From an uncultured Planctomycetaceae bacterium (GTDB lineage Bacteria > Planctomycetota > Planctomycetia > Isosphaerales > Isosphaeraceae): a DNA stretch of 64,000 bases. Of this stretch, positions 40,940 through 49,358 are shown one piece after another. The notes beneath the pieces were generated by a model that did not search any database, had not been told where the DNA came from, and saw nothing but the letters and a program-made list of their open reading frames with translations. Location of the stretch: positions 384,001-448,000 of the forward strand of contig CAWIAD010000002.1 of NCBI GenBank assembly GCA_963833985.1, given 5' to 3'. The stretch's first letter is position 1. Each line of letters begins with the position of its first letter. Position numbers and translations under genes: made by a program.

Positions 40940-41728
40940 TCATTTCATCGGCCGGCTTTCTCGCCCCAGCATCTCGGCCCACTCCAGGTCGGCGGCGACA
41001 AGCGGCAAATCGAGCGACCGGGTGTAGTCGACGAGCAGTTCGTACCGGGCGTCCTCATAGGTCTGGGCAAACAGAGGCTCCAGGGCGAGCGGGATATCCG
41101 GGTCGGGGGGCAAGAGCGGAATGGGTATGGTCGGCAATGCGCGGCGGATCGACCAGGCGTAGACGTCGCTCTGGGGCCGCCGGTCGGACCGGGAGACCAG
41201 AGCATAGTAGTCGGCCGGCGGCAACGGCTTTTTCATGGGCAACCGGCGCCCGGCAAGCAGGAGATCAATCTCCACGATATGAACCGGCTGCCTGATCCAC
41301 TGGTTTCTCTTTTCGATGTATTCCGGTCGTCCCGAGCCGGTCTTGTTCGAGGGCGACAGAAGCTCGATCACGGTCACCAGCGAGCGATCCGGTAGCCTGC
41401 GAATCTCGATCCAGCGGTTGCGGACTTCTTCAAGAGGCTCAAGCGCCAGGGGAAGAGTGATCGGTTCGAGAGTCGCGGCAACTCCGCGCTGGCTCGCCTG
41501 CCCGGCGGCTCCGGTGTTGCGCACGATGCTGACGTCGGGGCGGTAAGTGTCCGTGGATTCCTCCGAAAGATCCACCAGGCTGATGCGCTCCTCGATTAGG
41601 GCGGCATAGTTCCTTGACAGGTGGGCATTCAGTTCCCGGCTCATCCAGGCGATCAGCCGGAAATGAGAATCCTGCCAGTATCCCTGGCTCTCCAGGTAAG
41701 GATCCATTCCGGGGAACGGGCTGGGCAT
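40940..41728 (-). CDS. DUF4058 family protein, copy 2
   Basis: Same protein as copy 1 apart from residues ~21-45 and one S/L change. Confidence 0.85.
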   Translation of the reverse strand: MPSPFPGMDPYLESQGYWQDSHFRLIAWMSRELNAHLSRNYAALIEERISLVDLSEESTDTYRPDVSIVRNTGAAGQASQRGVAATLEPITLPLALEPLEEVRNRWIEIRRLPDRSLVTVIELLSPSNKTGSGRPEYIEKRNQWIRQPVHIVEIDLLLAGRRLPMKKPLPPADYYALVSRSDRRPQSDVYAWSIRRALPTIPIPLLPPDPDIPLALEPLFAQTYEDARYELLVDYTRSLDLPLVAADLEWAEMLGRESRPMK

Positions 41729-41868
41729 GGCGAAACCTCGCGGGCCGAAGCTGCGGCGACTCCATATCATTCTATCCGATATCCGTACGCAGAGCCCACA
41801 CAGCGGCTGAATGGCCGCGCAGCGTGGCGACTGATTCTCGCCGATGCCACACAGGGCCCGGAACGGCT

Positions 41869-43131
41869 TCAAAGCTCCCAGATCGATCTCCGCGTCAGGA
41901 GCACCGCGAGCGTGGCGCCCACACAGCTCACGCCCATGAAGGCACCTGCCAGCTTGGTCCCCGTGATCCCGGCGAGAGAGCCGATGAGGATGACACCCAG
42001 CGGAATGAATCCACGGTCCATGAGGGCGATGCTCAGGATCCGGCCTCTCAAGGCGTCTGGGACATGGAGTTGAAGGGTGATCCGGCTGGTGGTGCGATAA
42101 ACCTGGCTACAGGCGCCGACGAGGAACAGCGTGACAGCGGCCGCTGTGACGGAGGGCGCCAGGGTGAAGAACAGCAGGCCGACCCCGAACCCGACGCATG
42201 AGAGGATGAGATACCGCCCGGCCCTCACGCGGGTGCCGGGCAGAGACAGCCAGGTCGAGCCGGCCAGGGCCCCCGCCGCCGAGATGGAAAGCAAGAGGCC
42301 ATACCCCGCGGGACCGACGTGCAGCAGGTCGCGGGCGAACAATGGCAGCAACGCCGTGTAAGGGAAGCCAAAGACCATGGGAACAACCGCCAGGATCAGC
42401 AGCGACTGGACCACACGGTCATTCCGGAGAAAGCCGATCGCCTCACGGATGGTGGATTTGGTCTCAGCACGAGACAGCCGGTCTGATGCCCCTTCCTGCA
42501 CGTCCGCGAGCGTCCAGAGCACGGCCATGAAGCTCGCGCCGTTGATCCAGAAGAGCGCCTCGATCGGCAAGAGCGTGACCAGGACGCCAGCGATGGCAGG
42601 CCCGATGATGTGCGCAAGGTTCATTCCCGCGGTATGGCTGGCCACGGCGGCCGGCATGCACTGCCTCGACACCAGGGCGGGCAACAAAGCGTTGCGGATC
42701 GGCGGCACCATGGCGGCCAGGCTGGCCCGCACTGCGACGACAAGGGCGAGGATGGAGAACCGACATCGCATCCCCACCAGCGCGGCGAGGAGAAAGGTCA
42801 GCATCATTGTGCCCCCCTGCAACCAGATCAGAGCACGGCGCCGGTCCATCCTGTCGGCGACGACTCCCGCGGGCAGACTCATCGCGAAGACGGGCACCAG
42901 ACGGCAGACGTTGATCAGGCCAAGCTGAACGGCTGATCCGGTCAGGGTCAGCACGGCCCAGTTGAGCGCGGCCAGGTCCATCCAATCGCCGATCCAGGAG
43001 ATGAGATTACCGACCATGAAGATACGAAACGGACGGCAGCGGAAGACCCACTCCGGCCCGCTTGCGGCCGGCGCGACGTCCGGAAGGAGCGTAGGACCTG
43101 AACGCCTCCTGAGGATGGTTGTGCAGGTCAT
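41869..43131 (-). CDS. MFS transporter (EntS/MFS_3-like exporter)
   Basis: ~12 TM helices, AGVVADRMDRRR and VPDALRGRIL motifs. ATG overlaps the IucA/C stop (ATGA). Confidence 0.9.
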   Translation of the reverse strand: MTCTTILRRRSGPTLLPDVAPAASGPEWVFRCRPFRIFMVGNLISWIGDWMDLAALNWAVLTLTGSAVQLGLINVCRLVPVFAMSLPAGVVADRMDRRRALIWLQGGTMMLTFLLAALVGMRCRFSILALVVAVRASLAAMVPPIRNALLPALVSRQCMPAAVASHTAGMNLAHIIGPAIAGVLVTLLPIEALFWINGASFMAVLWTLADVQEGASDRLSRAETKSTIREAIGFLRNDRVVQSLLILAVVPMVFGFPYTALLPLFARDLLHVGPAGYGLLLSISAAGALAGSTWLSLPGTRVRAGRYLILSCVGFGVGLLFFTLAPSVTAAAVTLFLVGACSQVYRTTSRITLQLHVPDALRGRILSIALMDRGFIPLGVILIGSLAGITGTKLAGAFMGVSCVGATLAVLLTRRSIWEL

Positions 43132-45203
43132 GACTTCGACTGCCCCTCCGCAAGGCGGGCATGGCCAGGGGAGAGGCACGGAGAAAACAGAGGGTTGGCG
43201 ACTTCTCGGTAAGTGTATTCGGTCACATCGCCCTTGAGCCGCATCGTGGTCAACGCCTTGAGGGCGAGCTTGGCCTGAAAGAGCGCCTCCTCGTCGGCAC
43301 GCACTGATGTGCTCAGTTCCGGCCTGGATTTCAGCCGCGCCAGCTCGCGCCTGGCCACGCAGGCCACCCTGGCCCAGAGCGGCCCCTCGTCGATGCGATA
43401 GTGACGCGCGATGGTGTGGATGAGTTCGGCCAGATGGTTCTGGAAGAAGGAGTAGTAGAGCTTGTTGCGCAGATCCTCCTGGTTCCTGGCAAGAATCGCC
43501 GAACCGGGCACCGCGGTGAAGGACAGGCCTTGCTGTTCCAGCCGCTCAGGCCAGATCCGGACCGCACCCAGGTCGCGGACCAGCATCCTCACCGGTTCGC
43601 CGTCCCGGAAGACGGTGACGCTGTTCTGCATGTGGCCCTCCAGGGCAATTCCGTACTGGCACATGAGCGTGAGCATGCCGGGCACCGAGACCTCCGCATA
43701 ACGTGCCACGAAGGCCGCACTCGCCGCCTGCGGGGCGGTGCATCCGGTCGATGCACCGTAGGCCTCGATCAATTCCGCGACAATCGGCCTGCCGCTGAGT
43801 GGCGAATCGGCGGTCAGGGCGGCTGCCGGCATGGCAATCTCCCCCTCGTTCACGTGGTTTTCCGGGTTCTCTCGCACAATAGCCGCCAGGTGTTTCGCCT
43901 GGGCGGCCGCGAGTTCCGGCTCGAGCTCGGAATCGGCGGAGAGGTAGTGGATGCCTGCGTCCTCGGACAGAGGCACCAGCGTGCCCCGGAAGTACAGCTC
44001 CCGTGCACGAATCCGGTCCAACAGGGAGCTGAGCCGGGGCCCGTTCTCCACCGCAAACGGCGAGACCGTGCGCACCGCGCTGGTCATGTGCACGTCGATC
44101 GCCGTCTTGAGATGGTGCTTGCCTTCGCCCTGTCGCTGCACGGGCGCGAACGATCGAACAGAGATCAGCGCCTGCGCCGGGATCACTGCTTTGGGTATGG
44201 GAATGACGTCGCCCCGGCGGATTGGCTCGGCGTACAGTCGGGGCAGCGTGTGCCGGAGCTGCCATGGGTGCACGGGAACCAGCTCATAGTCCGCGAGGCT
44301 GCGTCCCATGCGGCTCAATTCCGCCGCCACGACCGCGCCCGCCTGGGGATGTTCGCGAAGCAGAATCTGCGTGGGGCCTTCGGGCTCCCGGGTATGCGTG
44401 CGGCAACAGCCGCGTGCCACGGCGACAAGCGCGAGGTCTGGCCGCGCACCCCACTCGGGAGCGTACTGCATGACATCCTCGGGCTCCATGCCGAGCTTCA
44501 TACGGCAACCGGGATGGAGCGGATGCCCACTGACAACGCACTGCTCAAAGAAGGCCAGGGGGCTGAAGCTGGCGTCCAGCCGCTTCATGACGGCCGCATG
44601 TTGCAGCGAGGTGCTCAGGCCCAGGCGGTGTCCCCACCGGCGCAGCGAGGCCGTCCGCCGTGCCGCGCCGACGAGAGACAGGATAAGGTTGGTCGAGCTG
44701 TTGTCGAGCTCGTACCGCAGCCGTTCCAGTCGTCTTTTGGCCTCGAGATCGCCGTCCCCGGCGAGTTCCTCGCCGGCGAGCAGGTCGAGCAGCTCACCGG
44801 GGTGGTCGACCACGGAGGACTGGCCGCGATCGACGAGAATCAGCTCTCCATCCGCCTCGAAGCGGTCCAGTGCCATCCTCCGGGAGACAGAGATCCGCAG
44901 CGAGCGGCCGCGGAACAGTCGAACGACGAGCGTCGTGCCGCCGTCCATCCAGGAGCTGCGATCGAGCGCACCTGCCATGTTCTCGCGAATCGCGGCCTGA
45001 AGCAGGCGAAGCAAGACACCTCGGCGGCCCGAGCGGAGGAAGTGGAGGAATTGCGGCAGCAAATCGGGTCTGATTGTCCCCAGGCGATCAAGGACCCGGG
45101 TTTCCTCCGCACTGAGCTCGGGGGCCAGCACCGCGCTGGCCATCCCGGAATGGGGAACTGGCGGCGTGGTCCTGGGGAAACTGTCCAGCGTCTGAATCGT
45201 CAT
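43128..45203 (-). CDS. IucA/IucC-family NRPS-independent (NIS) amide synthetase
   Basis: EQCVVSGHPLHP, PVHPWQ, SVRS, KTAIDVHMTSAVRT, IVRENP, EGHMQN and VRDLG motifs. Confidence 0.92.
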   Translation of the reverse strand: MTIQTLDSFPRTTPPVPHSGMASAVLAPELSAEETRVLDRLGTIRPDLLPQFLHFLRSGRRGVLLRLLQAAIRENMAGALDRSSWMDGGTTLVVRLFRGRSLRISVSRRMALDRFEADGELILVDRGQSSVVDHPGELLDLLAGEELAGDGDLEAKRRLERLRYELDNSSTNLILSLVGAARRTASLRRWGHRLGLSTSLQHAAVMKRLDASFSPLAFFEQCVVSGHPLHPGCRMKLGMEPEDVMQYAPEWGARPDLALVAVARGCCRTHTREPEGPTQILLREHPQAGAVVAAELSRMGRSLADYELVPVHPWQLRHTLPRLYAEPIRRGDVIPIPKAVIPAQALISVRSFAPVQRQGEGKHHLKTAIDVHMTSAVRTVSPFAVENGPRLSSLLDRIRARELYFRGTLVPLSEDAGIHYLSADSELEPELAAAQAKHLAAIVRENPENHVNEGEIAMPAAALTADSPLSGRPIVAELIEAYGASTGCTAPQAASAAFVARYAEVSVPGMLTLMCQYGIALEGHMQNSVTVFRDGEPVRMLVRDLGAVRIWPERLEQQGLSFTAVPGSAILARNQEDLRNKLYYSFFQNHLAELIHTIARHYRIDEGPLWARVACVARRELARLKSRPELSTSVRADEEALFQAKLALKALTTMRLKGDVTEYTYREVANPLFSPCLSPGHARLAEGQSKS

Positions 45204-45288
45204 CGGTTCTCCTCGTCTTGAAGCGGGCCGGGGTTCACCACGGCATGAGGGAGGCTCGGTATGAGTCGCAATGAATCAGGGTGGCCAC

Positions 45289-46413
45289 TCAGGCCGCGGT
45301 CTCAATCGCAGTCCTGGGAGTCTGGGTGTGGAGCACGGCGAGTCGCCTCAGGACGTTCGGCAAGGAGGGGTCTTCTCTGTACCAGGCGATGATCTCGTCG
45401 GCCGGCACGAGACGGCTCGCAAGGCGTTGCGCGAAAGCCTTCAGCGCGGCCGTCTCAAAGCCCCACATCGGCAAGACCCGGTTGGCGCGCTCCAGCACCT
45501 CCGCGGCACGCTCCCGCACATGGTTGACCGCCAGGCCGTCACGCGCCACGGCGCCCAGGTCATACACGCGTGACTGGAGCGTGGAACGGCCCTTCAGCCC
45601 CTGGTCCAGGAGTAACGTCAGCCAGAGAAGGAAGTACGCCTCAAAATCGGCAACTCTGTGCGACATTTCGAAGCCCTTGAATTCCGTCCGGCCCCCCTGC
45701 GCGGGATGTAGCCGTAAAGGCTGCCCGAACACGCTGCGGCGGTGTGTTCGGAGCGATTTCCCGATTCTGCCCGCGGTCATCCACGGCTGCCCGCGATGAA
45801 AGGGTGACGCGAGGCTCATGACCGCCAGCGCCGGAGCATAGTGGTTCACCTTGGCGATCAGGTCGGTCTCGATGATCCGCTCCGAGAGCCGCGCAGGCAG
45901 ACTGATGTTCACGTCCGGACCATACGTCAGCATGGCCTGCATCGACCAGTTCCAGCGCTCGATCGTCCGGCTGCCGCGCGGACCCTCGAAATGATCATCG
46001 AGCGGGTGGTGGGAGAGGGCGACGGCCTGCCAGCCTCGGTCTGCCAGGGCACGCTGAAGCCGCTCGTGCAGGGTGGCGAACAAGGAGAGTGTTTCCGCAA
46101 TCGACGAGCGCGGAGGTGTTCGGATCTCGATTCCCTTGGGTATGAGGTCCGGCTCGGCGGCGTCCACGTCGGGGACATGGTAACCCTCCACATAGTAGTG
46201 CATCAGCCGGCCGTGCGGCCGGATCAGCTCCAGACCATGAGGTGGCGGCAGATCGCCGACGGAGATCGACTCCAGCACCTCGTTCAACGCCCGGAAGCTC
46301 ATCTCCCGAAAGCTGAGGGGCCGGAACGTCGCCGCGTCGACGAGTAGGTACTCCGCCTCCAGTCCGAAGCGGAAGCGGTCTTCCCGGTGATTTCGCCTTG
46401 CTGTCTGATTCAT
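45289..46413 (-). CDS. Glutamate-cysteine ligase family 2 (GCS2/YbdK-like) carboxylate-amine ligase
   Basis: FGLEAEYLLVD, IEIRTP, GPDVNIS, SLASPF..G and GRTEFKGFE motifs. SD GGAG upstream of ATG 46413. Confidence 0.78.
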   Translation of the reverse strand: MNQTARRNHREDRFRFGLEAEYLLVDAATFRPLSFREMSFRALNEVLESISVGDLPPPHGLELIRPHGRLMHYYVEGYHVPDVDAAEPDLIPKGIEIRTPPRSSIAETLSLFATLHERLQRALADRGWQAVALSHHPLDDHFEGPRGSRTIERWNWSMQAMLTYGPDVNISLPARLSERIIETDLIAKVNHYAPALAVMSLASPFHRGQPWMTAGRIGKSLRTHRRSVFGQPLRLHPAQGGRTEFKGFEMSHRVADFEAYFLLWLTLLLDQGLKGRSTLQSRVYDLGAVARDGLAVNHVRERAAEVLERANRVLPMWGFETAALKAFAQRLASRLVPADEIIAWYREDPSLPNVLRRLAVLHTQTPRTAIETAA

Positions 46414-47417
46414 TGTTGTTTCTCCAAAGCTGGATGAGGAAGCCGGGCTCGGTGTCCCTGAAGAGCGCCTCTCGCATGCGAGCCCGCGGAACCTGGTGGT
46501 CCTCACGAGGGACCGCCATCGTGTCCGGAACCCGACGCACGTGAGCCGTCCTGCGGGGGCGGCTTGAAAGGGACGGCCTGGACGCGAGACGATCCACGCC
46601 ATTGGATTGACCACGGCTGCGCGAGCCCGAACGCTCGGGCCTGGCCGGTCTCGCCGGCAAACTCCGTGTGCCGGCGTGGAAGCGCCCGCACACGGAATCG
46701 GCATGTTGTCTTCCAGAGACCCGCTCGTTGCTCGGGCGGGAGAGCGGATCAAATCGAGCGCTGGCACGGACGCTAAGAACTGCGTGCCTGATCCACAGGG
46801 TGACCGAAGGCCGACGAAACCGGGCGGCATTCGCTTCTTGAGCTACGACTGGGCTGGAACGTCCCGGCGTGCTTGGGGTTGCGCCTCGCATCTCCATCGT
46901 CTTCCTGGATGCCCACTCTGGCGACAGGTTCATCGGCCCTCATCGCCGGTGGCTGCGCCGGGCGTGAAAAAACCGGCGACATGGGCTTTTGAAAAAAGTG
47001 CGCGCGCCAACCAGGGGTTCGGCGCGATCTACAAGGTGGAGGGCCACCCGGATCGAGTCTGGCCGAGCTTCCGCGAGACACAGTATTCAAAGCATTACGG
47101 AAGTTGAGCCGGCGTCAGAGATGTTGATTTCGCTCAACGACACGAATGTGTGCGACTGTCCAGATCGCTTGTCAAAAGCGCCTGTTTGTGTCATAAGAAT
47201 GTGTGAAGCGGGGTTGCTGAAGGTGCCAGCCCGCGACCGTCCGTTCTCTTCTCGTTTTCTAACCAAATAAATCCGGGTTTTTCTTCGACATGGTCTATTC
47301 ACGATCATTCATGGTTCGCCGTGCGCCCTTACAGCATGTCCCGGCGGGAGTCGTCACCAGTTTAGTCGAACGCACCAAGCCAGGGAGTGAGCTGCAACGT
47401 TCCGAGGACCATCCGTC

Positions 47418-48656
47418 ATGAGCAGGCACGGTAGGCATTCCCGACGCTTGATCGGGGTTCTGGCCCCACGCGCGGAGCAACTCGAAGACAGGAGGCTCCT
47501 GAGCTCTGTGACGGGAAGTTTTCTCTCGGGGGAGGATCCTCTCTCTGGAGATGGTGGCGTGCCCGCGCAGGTCAGCACCGGGGAGGGCGCAGGCTCCTCC
47601 GCCCCGAGTACACCGGCCGCCATACCGGAGAGCGCGACACCAAACACGGAGTCGCCTGCGGTGGGCACTGTACCCAGCGTGCAGGCGAGCGAGGATGGTC
47701 CTACCGCGCCGGTTCCGGTCTCAAGCGACCATGAAGTGGCGCCGGCCCCTGCGTCCGCGGCTTCGATTTCAGCGGTGAGCCGCCCGGTGATGAAGACGGT
47801 CGCGCCCACGGCAACTCCGGCCGCGTCTTCTCCAGCGACGCCGGCCTCGCTCGCTTCCTCCTCGGCAACTGCATCGAGTGCCAGCCAGTCGAACGCGGCC
47901 GACGATCAGACTCCCGTCGATGATATCTCCAGTGAATCGACCGTCAGCGATGCGTCCGCATCGAATGCGGGGATTATCGGGAACTCCCCGGCTGACGGTC
48001 TCACGCAGTCCGCCAGCAATGGCGGCGATTTGACTGGCAATACCTCACCGACAGGATCGGCAGGCGCAAGCCCGGCCACGGGCGCACGCGGCGCTTCCTC
48101 GGCGAACGACCCGCAGGGGGCAGCGGCCCTGGCATTGCCTGGCAACGGGTGGACCCGTCGCGAGTCGCTTTCGGAACAGGAAGCCGCGGCCCTGTTGAAC
48201 AAGCTCGCCAGCTCCAACGGCGTGCCCGAGTACCTCGTGACCGCAGCCGGCAGCGAGCCTGGTGCATCCGCCACCGCCGATCACTCACGCTCGCAAGCAG
48301 TTTCCGCAGGAGACACGGGACAGTCAGAACCCGGGACTCTGTCCGGAGATGCCTCGGCACCCGAGCCCGTGGCACCTTCTCCAACCTACGCCGATCTGCT
48401 CACCAATTTCTTGCCGATCGACCGGGCCTCGCTCGATAGCGCCATCGACCATGTTCTCGACAACTTCGATGCTTTCGGATCAGGATTCACGGATCTGAAG
48501 GCCATCGAGGGGCTCGCACTGCCGATCGCCGCGGGAGTGGTCATCATTCTGGGCACGGAAGCGACCATGAACCGGCGTGCACGCGCGGAGCGACGGCAAC
48601 AACGTGACGAGACGGAGAATCCGATTGTTCATCCGCTTCTGGGCCTGCCGGCCTGA
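47418..48656 (+). CDS. Ser/Ala/Pro-rich protein with N-terminal LEPRxLL-type motif and C-terminal TM
   Basis: Arg-rich N-terminus then EQLEDRRLLS; low-complexity body; hydrophobic LALPIAAGVVIILG near the C-terminus. Confidence 0.7.
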   Translation: MSRHGRHSRRLIGVLAPRAEQLEDRRLLSSVTGSFLSGEDPLSGDGGVPAQVSTGEGAGSSAPSTPAAIPESATPNTESPAVGTVPSVQASEDGPTAPVPVSSDHEVAPAPASAASISAVSRPVMKTVAPTATPAASSPATPASLASSSATASSASQSNAADDQTPVDDISSESTVSDASASNAGIIGNSPADGLTQSASNGGDLTGNTSPTGSAGASPATGARGASSANDPQGAAALALPGNGWTRRESLSEQEAAALLNKLASSNGVPEYLVTAAGSEPGASATADHSRSQAVSAGDTGQSEPGTLSGDASAPEPVAPSPTYADLLTNFLPIDRASLDSAIDHVLDNFDAFGSGFTDLKAIEGLALPIAAGVVIILGTEATMNRRARAERRQQRDETENPIVHPLLGLPA

Positions 48657-48674
48657 ACTAGCGAGTTTCGATCC

Positions 48675-49250
48675 ATGAATGCTGACCCGCTGGACAACGT
48701 CCTGGAGCAGTTGAACCGGGGAGACAACCTGGCAGCGGAGAAGATCTTCCGCGATTTCGAGCCGTTCCTGCGAGCCATGGTACGGAGGCGCCTGACTTCC
48801 CCTTTGCGGGCCAAGTTTGATTCGATGGATGTCGTCCAGTCGGCCTGGTCCGAACTGCTGGAAGGATTTCGCTCCGGTGCCAGGGAATTCAAGGACCTGT
48901 CGCACCTGAGGGCGTTCCTGGCCAGGGTCACCTACAATCACTTTGTCAACCAGTGCCGCCACAACAGTGCGGCGCTGGAGCGCGAGGAGGCGTTTCGAAC
49001 CGACGAGTGCCAGACAATTCCCGCGTCCGCCCAGCCGCGCCCCAGCCAGGAGGCCCAGGCCGATGAGCTCTGGGACACGCTCGTCGACCTCTGCCCTCCC
49101 CAGCACCGCAAGATCCTGGAACTCAAGAGGCAAGGCCTCACCCTGGCGGAGATTGCCGAACACGTGGAGCTCCATGAGGGGAGCGTGCGACGCGTCCTTT
49201 ATGACCTGGCGAAGCGACTGGCCGCGCGGACGGGGCCCTCCGAGCTGTAA
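48675..49250 (+). CDS. ECF sigma factor
   Basis: LRAKFDSMDVVQS region 2, RPSQ, and region-4 HTH GLTLAEIAEH...SVRRVL. Confidence 0.9.
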   Translation: MNADPLDNVLEQLNRGDNLAAEKIFRDFEPFLRAMVRRRLTSPLRAKFDSMDVVQSAWSELLEGFRSGAREFKDLSHLRAFLARVTYNHFVNQCRHNSAALEREEAFRTDECQTIPASAQPRPSQEAQADELWDTLVDLCPPQHRKILELKRQGLTLAEIAEHVELHEGSVRRVLYDLAKRLAARTGPSEL

Positions 49251-49358
49251 ACCGATCTCGCCGCCGGCTGGGGCCGTCTCGATGCGAGGCGCACCGACCG
49301 GTCCGGCGGACGCCGGGCGCCAGGGACCGCGCTGCCCGAAACCGATTCAGACTGCGTC

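Larger units (their letters stand above)
39867..41740. repeat. Direct repeat, 2 x 852 bp (39867-40718 and 40889-41740), period 1022 bp
   Basis: Near-identical by direct comparison except for a ~77-bp patch and a few substitutions; unique 170-bp spacer between copies. Confidence 0.95.

Noticed and set aside
39867..41740. Diversity-generating retroelement (TR/VR) or IS-mediated duplication
   Set aside because: Differences are not adenine-specific, both copies are whole genes, and there is no reverse transcriptase, transposase or terminal inverted repeat.
43401..45221. Long antisense/overlapping ORFs (e.g. 43401-45221, 5515-7050, 15904-17910, 21079-22587, 57115-58617)
   Set aside because: These are shadow ORFs expected in high-GC DNA, opposite or overlapping well-supported genes, with no recognisable motifs.
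46540..46700. c-di-GMP-I (GGCAAAC) or cobalamin (GCCCCCGCA) riboswitch
   Set aside because: Only short fragments match. The companion conserved elements (GACGCAAA; AGGGAA/ACTGT/GCCACTG) are missing.
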